A stretch of 63,875 nucleotides of DNA, filler included, from Conidiobolus incongruus B7586 (Eukaryota): the NCBI GenBank assembly GCA_000697335.1. It is 6 parts of 6 records of this genome, joined end to end, with 100 filler letters (N's around TTAATTAATTAA, not from the genome) between each part and the next. Parts side by side here need not be neighbours in the genome. Positions count along the whole stretch, not along the records: positions 41,331 to 63,875 come from JNEM01006770.1; 5 more parts are not named here. The stretch is one strand, 5' to 3'. Positions 52,278 through 63,875 of the stretch are shown piece by piece. The position numbers and the translations under genes were made by a program. The notes below the pieces were generated by a model. It ran no database searches. It saw only the letters and a list, made by a program, of their open reading frames with translations, and was not told the DNA's origin. Positions within the stretch are counted from its first letter, which is position 1. Each line of letters starts with the position of its first letter.

Positions 52278-53003
52278 TTAAAAGGAGATTCAACTCTATA
52301 TCTTTATTATGTTATATTCCCTCTCTTTTTATTTATCTATATTCACTTTCTTCTTTTTCTCATTTACTTTTTTTTCATTAAATTTATTTTTCGATTTTTT
52401 TTCAAATTTTCATTTTATCACTATTCTATCAATTATAAATATCTTAATAATTCTTTACTAACTCTTTAGACTTTTTAACCAATAATTTTTTTTAAACCAT
52501 TATAAATATTTTTTAAATAGATCAATACACATAAATTAGATTCTATTTATACTATGAGATAAATTTGAATCTTTTTACTCATACTCTAAGATTTTTATTT
52601 TTCGATTTAAGTTGATTCATAATATCAGAATAATTATATCTTAAAAAAAATTGATTTGTATTGTCCCGTCAATTTCCCATCTTACTTCAAGACAGAATCA
52701 TAAACTAAAAAAACTCTCACGAATTGACTTATGATACTTTGTAATACATGAAAAATAATGAATCAATCATTCAAATAATACCAAATGCAATCCCATTAAC
52801 AACAAATCACCAATGGTGACCTGTTATGGATATTAAATTTTTCAAAATTTTCCACTCTGATTATTTTTAAAGATCCACTCTAAGGAACAAGTCATTATTT
52901 GCAAGTAACATCAATACCATATTTAATATCTGGTAGTTGCGTCGAAGTGACTTTAGAATTTTAACTTTGTATTTATCGATTTTATTTACATATACATACT
53001 AAC

Positions 53004-55315
53004 ATGACACAACAAATTGGTAAGTATCTTTTCTATATCTTAGATCTGTTTATTTGATGATTACCTTTATTGAAATTCAGTCTGTTGATAGATTGATAAA
53101 TACAGTTTGTCTTTGTGACAGCTAGATCAATCTCAGCAGCCAAGTCATCCATTTTTTATTATACTATTTCAATACTATATTCAATATAACTACTCAGTAG
53201 TATTCAACTATTCAGAGGAATTAAAAATTTCATTTTTCGAAATAATCAACATCATTATTTGAATGATCATTGATTTATTCAATACAACCACAGCTACTAG
53301 TTCTACATTATACTTAATTTTTTGATACACTTGTATTTTCTATGACTTTAATATTATACAACCACTTATACTATAAAAATTATATTTAAATGGCTCAACT
53401 GAAATATTTGTATCAAAAATATAGTATTAACATAATATATTTTTATAGCTTTATTATCTGTTTATGACAAAACTGGATTACTCGAATTAGCTCAAGGGTT
53501 AAAACAAAAGGGTTTCCGCCTTTTGGGTTCTGGTGGTACTGCCAAATTGATCAGAGAAAATGGATTAGAAATTGAGTAGGTTTCAGAACTTTTAATTACT
53601 TGTGATATTTATTTATAATTTTTTACAGAGATGTTTCCTCTATCACCAAAGCTCCTGAAATGTTAGGAGGAAGAGTTAAGACTTTACACCCTGCTGTTCA
53701 TGGTGGTAAGTATTTAATATCTCTATTATTAAAAATATATTTTAAGTTGTTTTGTATAGGTATTTTATCTCGTGATATCGAAAGCGATCTCAAAGATTTA
53801 GCTGAACAACACATTGATCAAATCGATGTCGTTGTTTGCAACTTGTACCCCTTCAAGGAAACCGTTGCCAAACCTGATGTCACTGTCGAACAAGCTGTTG
53901 AAGAAATTGATATTGGTGGTGTCACCTTATTACGTGCTGCTGCTAAGAACCACGCTCGTGTCTCCATCCTTTCGGATCCCAAAGACTACGCTACTTTCCT
54001 CCAAAACTTAACTGACGACAATGGTAAGCTCAGACCCTCTGTTGAATTCCGTCAAACTTTGGCTTTGAAAGCTTTCAATCACACTGCCGACTATGACGAA
54101 GCTATCTCAGACTATTTCCGTAAACTTTACGGTAAGAACAACAGAAGCCAAATGACCTTAAGATATGGTGCCAATCCCCACCAAAAACCCGCTCAAATCT
54201 ACAACAAGCATGGTGAATTGCCCATCAAAGTCCTCAGCGGTTCTCCTGGTTATATCAACATTTTGGATGCTCTCAATGCCTATCCTTTGGTAAAGGAATT
54301 GACCCAGGCTTTGAATCTCCCCGCTGCTGCTTCATTCAAACACGTTTCTCCCGCCGGTGCTGCTGTTGGTCTTCCCCTTACTGACGAAGAACGCAAGGTC
54401 TATATGGTTGAAGACCTTGAGCTCACTCCCTTAGCCTCTGCCTACGCTCGTGCCCGTGGTGCCGATCGTATGTCTTCCTTCGGTGATTGGGTTGCCCTCA
54501 GTCACCCCTGTGACGTTGCTACTGCTAAGATCATTTCTCGTGAAGTCTCCGATGGTGTAATCGCTCCTGGATACGCCCCCGAAGCTCTCGAAATCTTAGC
54601 TAAGAAGAAGGCTGGTAAATACACTGTTCTTGAAATTGATCCCAACTATGTCCCTGAGCGCTTAGAAACCCGTCAAGTCTATGGTCTCTACCTTCAACAA
54701 GCCAGAAATGACTATCAAATCACCCGTGACTTGTTCAAAAACGTTGTTACTAAGAACAAGGAAATCTCAGAACAAGCTTATATTGACATGCTCGTCGCCA
54801 CCATTACCGTCAAATACGTCCAAAGTAACTCTGTCTGCTACGCCAAGAACGGTATGGCTATCGGTTTAGGTGGTGGTCAACAATCCAGAATCCATTGTAC
54901 CCGTCTTGCTGGTGACAAGGCTGACAACTGGTGGTTACGTCACCACCCCAAGGTACTCAACCTCAAATTCAAGAAGGAAACCAAGCGTGCCGAAAAGTCT
55001 AACGCCATCGATCTCTACGTCACCAACAACATGGGTGAGGGTGCCGAACTTGAAGCCTGGAAGGCCAACTTCGAAGAAGTTCCTGAACCCATCACTCCTG
55101 AGGAACGCAAAGCTCACCTTCAAAGCCTCTCCGGAGTTGTTGTCTCCTCCGATGCTTTCTTCCCCTTCTCCGATAATGTCCATCGCGCTAGACAATCTGG
55201 AGCTCAATACATCGTCGCCCCCTCTGGTAGTATCCGTGACGATGATGTCATTGCCACTGCTGACGAATACGGCATGGTTATCTGTCATACTGACTTACGT
55301 CTCTTCCATCACTAA
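53004..55315 (+). CDS. ADE17: Bifunctional AICAR transformylase/IMP cyclohydrolase (PurH/ATIC, Ade16/17), 4 exons
   Basis: Exons 53004-53019, 53449-53575, 53629-53705 and 53760-55315. Motifs [49 protein letters not shown] and LRLFHH. Confidence 0.96.
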
Positions 55316-56591
55316 AATTTATAGAAAACTTATTATGTTTAAAATTCAAACATAAATATTCTTCAATTTGTATTCAAATTTAATATTTTTTTTGTTTGAT
55401 CAATAACTATTGATTATATGATTTATATTTTTTATCATTTAATAATTATAGTTGTACATATGAATGAATTCAAGGTTACATTTATTTGTATTTTTGTTTC
55501 ATTAAATTGAAAAGATAACTATCACATTGAAATTTTTTAATTTCTCAAAAATGTTTCTAACTTGAAAAGCAAATTTAAAGGGAAAAAAAGTTGTAAATCT
55601 GTAAAGGTATAAATTATTAAAAACATTAATGATATTAGCTATTGATAGCTATGATAAAAGGTATTAAAACGATGCTTAAGATTTATTCATTTGCGCATAC
55701 AAACATTTGATATATATAATTTTTAAATACCTGACTAATATCCAATTTAAATAGATTAATCGAATTTGAAGTTAATCATTATAAAAATACCTTAATAATC
55801 TATATTTTAATTGAAGCTATCAATAACTGCAATAAGTTAGGTACATTAAAAAATTCTAATAAATATATAATTAAAAATGTAGACTTTATGAACATTTTTT
55901 GTTGATTTTATTGGTTAACAATTTAAAATTTTGTTAATACATTTAAAGTGATGAACGTAATAGAATTATTTCACTGATTAATCATTATTCATTTATCATT
56001 CACTGATGACTAAAGTTATAATCAGTATTTGCTATATATTTTTAGCATATTAAAAAAATGATACATAGATACTGACTTATAGATGATAATTTCATTTTTT
56101 ATTATATATATAATATTAATCTGAATATAACGTATAGTTTTAATTATACAATCTATTAATGAACAATAATAGTTTGCTACGTTTTTAATTGCTAGTCCAA
56201 GTATTGAATATGCAAAATAAGAATTAAAAAGTAGATTTTTCTTAAATATAACCCATTCATTTGGTAAGTCGATTCAAAATATTTTCTTATATCAATTCAG
56301 TCACATCTACTATATCTATGCAATATAATAATCATTTTCTAAAATTGTCATATTAACTGATTATTCATCCAATTTTTTTTTTAAAATTTCTCATTTAATT
56401 AATTGGTGAAACAGCACATTTTTGATCAATGTTGTATTGATGTTAGCATGTATTATATCCATATATTGTCAAGTTAGTAGAAAGAGCATTGAGGTATTAA
56501 TATGATAGATTTGATTTTATTGTTGAAAGCAAGTATTATTTTAGATATATGTTTGATATTTAGTTAATATAATTTTATAATTTAAACATTT

Positions 56592-57609
56592 TTAAAAAAT
56601 ATTACTTTCGTCTAAATTCAATAATTCTAAACTATGAACCCATAAATGATCTCTCAATTCATTATCTCTAGCCAATTTACTCAACTCACCTAACTTACAG
56701 TTATCATAATATTTTCCAGTTTCAATATCATCAGAAGTGGCGGCGTAGACAGAAGTCATAGCACCTTGTTCGCCATTTCTAGCATAGAGCCATTGATTAA
56801 TTCTAGTCTTAATACTGAATACAATACCTTCCCAAGTCCATGGACAATTTTGGAATGGGATATTGGTTGCAACAAAACCTGGATGTAAAGAGCATACTTT
56901 GATAGAAGTATCCTTCAATTTTTCAGAAAGCTTGGAAGCGGATAAAATATTCATTAATTTAGTTTGACAGTATAGCCCCATAGGCTGGAAGCCTTCAGCC
57001 TTGGGGTGTAAATCATCAGGGAGGTTCAAAGTAGCATAATTGTGGACTAAATTGGGGTTAAATATGAATTCATTATTAACATGATTATTACTTACATTCA
57101 CTAGCAACAAAGATGATTCTAGCATTTTCAGTCTTTTTCAAAATTGGCAGTAAATTCAAAGTCAATCTCAAAGGACCTAAATGATTCACTTGAATACTAC
57201 GTTCAATATTATCTTCAGTCAATTGACACTCCCAGAAAGAACCCCCAGCATTATTAATTAAAATATCAAGCTTAGCATATTTTTCTTGGAATTTGGCAGT
57301 AAACTGGTCAATTGATTTGAAACTTGAAAGATCTAACACTTCATAATGAATATCTGAATTTCCTGAGATTTGTTTAATTTCCTCAACAGCTTTAATAGAT
57401 TTTGCTTCGTTGCGACTGGCTATAACGACGGAGCTTCCCATCTGGGCTAATTGAATGGCTGTATAATATCCAATTCCTAATATTTTTTCAGTATTTATTA
57501 TAATGTCATATGTATTTTAATGTTATTTACCTTCATTTCCTCCAGTAATCAAAGCCAACTTTCCCTTTAAATCTTTAGGTTCAACACTTAAAATAATTTT
57601 ATTAGACAT
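56592..57609 (-). CDS. Short-chain dehydrogenase/reductase (retinol dehydrogenase/WWOX-like), 3 exons
   Basis: Exons 57609-57531, 57476-57096 and 57046-56592; motifs TGGNEGIG, LINNAG, VNHLG, YCQTK (YxxxK) and HPGFVAT. Confidence 0.93.
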
Positions 57610-58525
57610 TTTTTTCTAATCTTTAATCAGTCAAATTCATGAGATAATTTGGAATTATGACTCTTTATATACTTTTAAAATTGTGGAATATATCACAATT
57701 AATTTGAATAAATCAAATATTATCACACTGATATTGGTTCAAATAATAGAAAATTCTCATAATTTGATAATTTTTATTATAATGGTTAAATTGAATTTTG
57801 AAATATATATATATATATCTAAAAAAATATTATTAATTCAATATAACTGTCAAATGAAGCATTATTATTGGATGACTGAGACTTAGACAATTTAATATCA
57901 TTAATTATGCAGGTTTTGTAAATAGAGTATATTAATATTGCAAGTACTATATATAGTTCGCTATTGAACACTAATTAGTTTTAAAAAATACTTTATTATA
58001 CTCTTTTTACTCTCCAGATTTTGGGTTAAACCCCACATGTTCTATCGATTATAAAATATGATCACGAAATTTTGATTTCAGAACATCATACAAGTACATT
58101 GTATTTTGAAATTATATAATTATATGATACCAAAATAATTGATTAATATTTTGTTAAGAGATTTCAAATAAAAGTTCAAGTCAGATTAAATTCAAATCAA
58201 GTACTCGGTAAAAACAAAATAAAATAATTTTCAAAAATAACCCAATCCTGAATTTTGAGAATTACTAAATATGGAAACTAATCAATTAATTTATTTTTCA
58301 AAATAAATTTGAAAAATTTTAAAATTCAAGTTTGGGAGATATTTTATTATATATTATTAAATATCTTTGTAATTATAATATTCTTGTATTTCATAATTAA
58401 TAAACATGATATAATTGTTATAATATGTTAATGTTGCTAAAAATATATATTTATTAATGACCACAGTTTAAATAAAAAGGATTAGAAATAAAATAGTAAT
58501 ATTTACAATTTTAAAATTAATATTA

Positions 58526-59835
58526 TTACTTTATAATTTAAATAATAAGAACTTTTTGTAATTGAAAAAAAATAAACATTTTAATATATAATATGTAAGA
58601 ATAAATATATAATATAAAATTATTAATTTCTTTTATTTCTAATAACTTTTTGCTATATTTTTAACAAAGATCTAATACTTAAAAAATAATTCTTTTTATT
58701 AAAAACTAAAATTTGATATTTTATAAATTAATTAAATTTTCCTGTAGAAATTTTCTTTTTTGTAAGCTAGTTTTTTAATTGTCTAAAACAATTATAATTA
58801 CATAAGTTATAATCTAAAGAATATACTAGATATGGTAGTTTTTTCCAGTTATTTTTAATTAAAGAGTTTTTTATAACTTTAAATTTATATATTTTGCAAT
58901 TATCATGTAAAATAATAAGTCTTCTTAAATTATATTAAAAATACCAATTAGAAATAGTTTTATTTAAAAAAGAAATATAAAGTTTACTATTAATTAATTT
59001 TCCTTTAAAAACTAAATAAGAATAGCATATGCTATTATAATTTATTATAATAATTAACATTTATTTATCAATAAAGTGTTTATTTAAAAGAATTTATAAA
59101 AAGGGTTGATTTAACTTAATTTAACACTTTGAATTATATTTTAGTAAAGGATTATACAAAATAATTTAAAATTCATCAACTGCAATAATTTATTGTAAAA
59201 ACTTTAGTTTCTAGTTATATCTTAATAAGTTTTATTTAGTAATAACTACTCTAACTTTTATTAAGTGTTAGTTAAATTATTAAATACTTATTTTACATTT
59301 TTATTAATTAATTTTAATTTAAACTTTAATATATATAAAATACTTATGTAACTAATATTAAAGTGTCTTGATAATTTTCTAACTAAAATAAAAAGGTACT
59401 TTTCAATATATCTTTTTACTTTATTAATAATTAAAAAAGTAATAGTTGAAATTAATCTTTTAGATTTTAGCAAGTTTTGGGTAGTTTCTCTCTTACTTTT
59501 AAAATAATTTACCTAGCAATAAATTGTAGATTTAGATAATATTTCATTACCAAAAGCTGTTTATAAATTTTAAATGATTTTAAAGGGTTTATAGTTAAGT
59601 TTTACTAATACTAAAATAAAAGACTTTTGATAGTTATTATTTAGTTTAAATATAATTAAATTAAACAACTAATTTTAAAAAAATTATTTTTTTATTCAAA
59701 AAAGTTATTATATATATATAATTCAAAACTATTTACTTTCTTATTTGTTTTGTATATATTTTTTTATTTGATACTAATAATATGTTTAACAAATCAGAAA
59801 TTAAAAAATTTCCCATTTTTTTAATTCTATGGTAA
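58526..59835 (-). mobile_element. Degenerate mariner (DD34D) copy 3
   Basis: 1310 bp, with TTAC...GTAA termini flanked by TA; colinear with the other two copies. Confidence 0.92.
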
Positions 59836-60649
59836 TATAAAAATCTAAGTTTTTTTAAGCAAAGTTTGATCTTAATTAGTAATTTTTCAAATTCAATAAT
59901 ATTAGAAAAAATAATTGAAAAATATTACTATAGGTTATTACTATTTAGCTAAATCAATGATAATAATATTTTTATAAAATAAGTTATTATTTAATAGTAA
60001 TTCTATATAATTATATATAAAAATTATCTATTATAATGATATTAAATAAAATAACCTAATGAATTGATACTCAATAAAAATAATAATATAAATAAGAACT
60101 TTATAAAGTTTTTAATCTAATAAATATAAGATATATTAATATTCAGATATAAAGATATATTTATTAAATTATTGATTTTGCTAGTTTTTTTTCAATTTTG
60201 ATACAAGTTTATATATATAGGAATACTTTTATATTTTGTAATATAGTTTGTAAATAAAGATTATTTTTAGCAAAACACCTATAATATAGTTTATTAATTT
60301 ATCAAATCCTGCATTTTAATATTTCAGGATTTTATATTTAAGTTCACTTACTATTGAAATATTCTAGTAAAAATTAGAGTTTTCCTCCCTTTCTTTCTGT
60401 TGCTTCTTAGTTTAAAAATTTCATTCAATGAATGATATAGGATTTGAATAGATTCTATCAAAAAGATATAAACAATTTGATTTGATTATGGTCCAAAGAA
60501 GCTACTTTGAATTAGGATTACTATTGACTTAAATATCAAGTTAAGATATATGAGTATTTTCAAAATACAACACTATTAATTATTATATATTTTTAAATAA
60601 TTCAATAGATCTTAATTCGAAATCTTAATGTTTTTAATTTCTATTTTAA

Positions 60650-61760
60650 TTAACAACAGCGATAGAACTATGGATAAAATCAATGGTAGCTAATTCAAGG
60701 TTAAGTGTACCAATAACTAAAGTGATAATTTTAGCAAAATAAACCCAAAGTGATATACCTTCAATTCTATAAATTTTAATTAGAATATAATTGGGAAAAG
60801 AGCAGAATTGAATTTACACTCACAGCAACAACAGATGGTACAAATTGCACAATATAAGGAGAAAACAAGTTAGAAGTGCCATTAATGCAATAGTAATTGA
60901 TCCAGTTCTAACGGAGCAGATTAGTTTGTCATTTTCAACTTGGTAAAGTGGAAATATTCAAATTCAATTCCATTTCGCTACCAAAATCACATAATACAAC
61001 TGGAGCTATCATCATAATATTAATTGATAAAAATAATTGTCACAATTTTCGATGCACCAGATATAAGATTTTTGAATATAGAAGAGATGACATAATTTCA
61101 ATAGATAACATATCAAAAACATCCATATAACGAAGGATGAAGTAATGTTTGCAATGGCAGCTGCAAGGACAGAAGTCCAATTCTCAGGATGTCAGATACT
61201 GGCTTCAATATGTGGATAGAAGATATTTTCAAAATAATACAAGCTAAAAGTAGAGAAAGTTGAAAGAGTGCCTCTTCAAATAATAAGTATAGTGTCTGGA
61301 GTAGGACTAGCAGCTAACTTTTGAGAGCCGAGAATACACAAAAGATGACTACAAGTATAGTTGTCAAGGCACCAAATACTCCAAACCAGATCAATCTTTT
61401 TATATTTTTTCATACAAAATTTGTTAATCCAATAAAAATAGAGGAACTAAACGCTCAGGTTCTATCACCAAAATACACTCAGGTCCAAGAATGATGGTAT
61501 AATCAGTAAACCTAACAACATTTCTATAAATTCTTCCAAAAACTCGATAATCAATATTGGAAAAAGCTTACAAACGTAAGCTATCACCTTTTGTGGTATT
61601 TGATCAGGATTTTGCTATTGAATACTCATAATAAACCCGCGAAGGCAATAAAAGCAGTTGAAAGCTACCCGGTTCGGATAACATCAGTAAATTAGCCAAG
61701 AATACCGGCATCATCTGTTACTTATAGTATATTAGCATATACTTCAAAACTAGATATTAT
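60650..61760 (-). pseudogene. Amino-acid transporter (Aa_trans/AVT1-like) pseudogene; ends approximate
   Basis: Fragments AGILG*...RTG*, IWFGVFGALTTILVVIF, FYPHIEASI*HPENWTSVL (~61230-61170), IMMIAPVVL...E.E and IITLVIGTL occur in family order, with stops and frameshifts. Confidence 0.72.
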
Positions 61761-62667
61761 ATCATGATGATCTTTAGATTATTGGGACTTGGGATTACTA
61801 TAAAACTATAGATGAGTTAATATCTAAACTAAATAATTGCAATTCGCTAACCTCCAATATCATTTTCTTCTTTTATACTTTCAAATAGATTAATTCAAAA
61901 ATAATCAGAAATATTCTAATGATAGAATAGATAATCTTTGTACTGAAGAAACAATGATTGTCTATAACTCAGAATACCCCCATCCGATTATATAGCAAGC
62001 CAATTTTTGTAATACTTGGTAATATAATTTTGAAGTATAACTCGTTGTATCTTTGTTTATTACCAGGAGCAATACCTTGTCAAATATTTAGACTCCAATA
62101 GTCAAGACTGGCTCAAACACATCAGTTTAGCTCCGTTAAATATCAAATTATGAGTATATTTAATATGAAATTTTTTTTTAATTTTAGTGATTTTTCAATT
62201 GATAAATAAAATTAATTATATTTAATCTGAAATTTTATTAAAATTTTGACAAATTTTAAAATATATCAAAATATTTGTGATTAAATGATAGTGTATGACA
62301 TTAGAACAAAGAAGAGTGAAGTCATTTTGTTATTAGATATATATTTAAATATTCATCAATTTTCATTTGGTTATTACTTTGCAATGATATCTCAATTCTT
62401 ATTTAATGCAGAAATCTGAACCTATAGTTTTTATATTTCTAATTATTCAAACCATGCAAATATTTTTTGAATAAATGATTTATTAACTGATGCTTACTTA
62501 GTTATTTTTATTAATCAAAAACTAGTTTTAATTTAATCCAAAATTATAACTTTAAAGTATTAAAATTCAATAAAAATCAAATTAAATGGTGATGCAAAAG
62601 TAATTTTATTGAATATAAATATCACTCTTACCAGTTTTTAAATATATCATAATAATTTTATCTTTTG

Positions 62668-62698
<31 letters not shown>

Positions 62699-63875
62699 CA
62701 CTAGTTATTCAATATTATTTTTATTTTATCATTCCTTTTGTTTCAAATCATTTTATAATCCAATAAATTTGAATATAATAAATTCATTGAGTTGTTAAAA
62801 TTATTTGACTAAAAATATTAGATCTATATATCCAATAAACATATTAATCAATATTACTCTGAGTAGATGAATACCTTGAGATTCATTTGTTATTTATATT
62901 TTCCAATATTATAAGGTGATTCATTAGAATAACGATTTCAGTTAAGATAAAGGTTTGTGATAAAAGGCTGAAAAATATCTAAATTTTTATTTATCAAACA
63001 TTAATTGCATATATCTGAAAGAATAATTACAATATTATTAACTTATATAACCTGATATTAAATTTAATATTATATTCCAATGCACTTTCACAAAATGTGT
63101 TTTATCATACGATAACATCTAAATCATCAGACCCTTGTAAAATTTATATTTGAATGATATAAATCCAAATTTCAAGTTTGAAATTAGTATAGGAAATTAT
63201 GGATTATGAGTTAATAAGTGATACTAGAAACTGAATAAGATTAGTTATAATATCTATAGTTCATAATTTATATAGTTTACCTGAATATAAATTTTAACCT
63301 AACTATATTTAAAAGATTGTCAGAATTTTATTTTAATGAAATTTTGATCTTGTCAAAATTATCAGAAAAACACGTTGACGACTTGAATCAATACTTGAAT
63401 TACTATACTAATGTAATCAATTATCATTTTCTATTATCTCCTTAAAATTATGATATACCATACATCCCAATTGATATCTGATAAATCAAAATAAATAGGA
63501 ATATCATTAAATTTAGTACTTTTTATTTAAAGAGTTTCAAATTACTCTCAATTTGAAATAGTGGTATTTAATTTAAATTCCCATAAAGACCTAAAATTTA
63601 AAAATAAATATAAAAGTATTAATCCTTTATTATCATTTCTTTAACCAATAGTTATTTATCAAATACTGAAATTTAATATTCTTAAAATCATATAAAGATA
63701 TATGTAAAAATTTTCTTTTTAGAAAAATACTGTATAGTTTCTTAAAATAATTTTAATTATAAAAATTATAATATAAAAAGTTTATTTAATATTATATGTA
63801 TATATATATATATTATTAAAAAATCATATATTAATTTATTTACATTATAAATATCAGTTGAATTAATAAATATTC

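Noticed and set aside
49763..52469. Poly-Asn ORF (49763-50008) and Phe/Ile-rich ORFs around the tRNA
   Set aside because: They are by-products of the ATT microsatellite and the T-rich tRNA flanks.
53082..53280. ZTP or TPP riboswitch in ADE17 intron 1
   Set aside because: The consensus nucleotides of neither class are present; kept only as an unexplained structure.

Overview
Eukaryotic, very AT-rich scaffold window with short (~50-90 nt) GT-AG introns. The gene set is fungal, and an early-diverging, Conidiobolus/Entomophthorales-like fungus is my inference, not proven. Gene-rich left arm: HSP110/SSE1 (5' part), mitochondrial carrier OAC1, a candidate snR30/U17 H/ACA snoRNA, a short Ku80-like gene and a BCL7/Rtt102-like gene. 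Middle (~10.8-30.2 kb): a transposon graveyard with two copies of one chromoviral Ty3/Gypsy element, two other Gypsy relics, two DD34D mariner copies and a Tc1 end, followed by a ~12 kb AT desert. Right arm: a 7TM protein, a Ser/Thr-rich secreted repeat protein, tRNA-Ile(AAT), ADE16/17, an SDR, a third mariner copy and an amino-acid-transporter pseudogene. Five 100-nt gaps carry an artificial TTAATTAATTAA spacer, so contig order across them is uncertain. Main signal: every multi-copy transposon is destroyed almost solely by C>T/G>A transitions (LTR pair about 32 transitions to 1 transversion by manual alignment) in CpA, CpT and CpC contexts, with no CpG seen. Genes and an apparently single-copy pseudogene keep CpG. 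This looks like a repeat-targeted, RIP-like genome defence with relaxed context, in what appears to be a non-Dikarya fungus.
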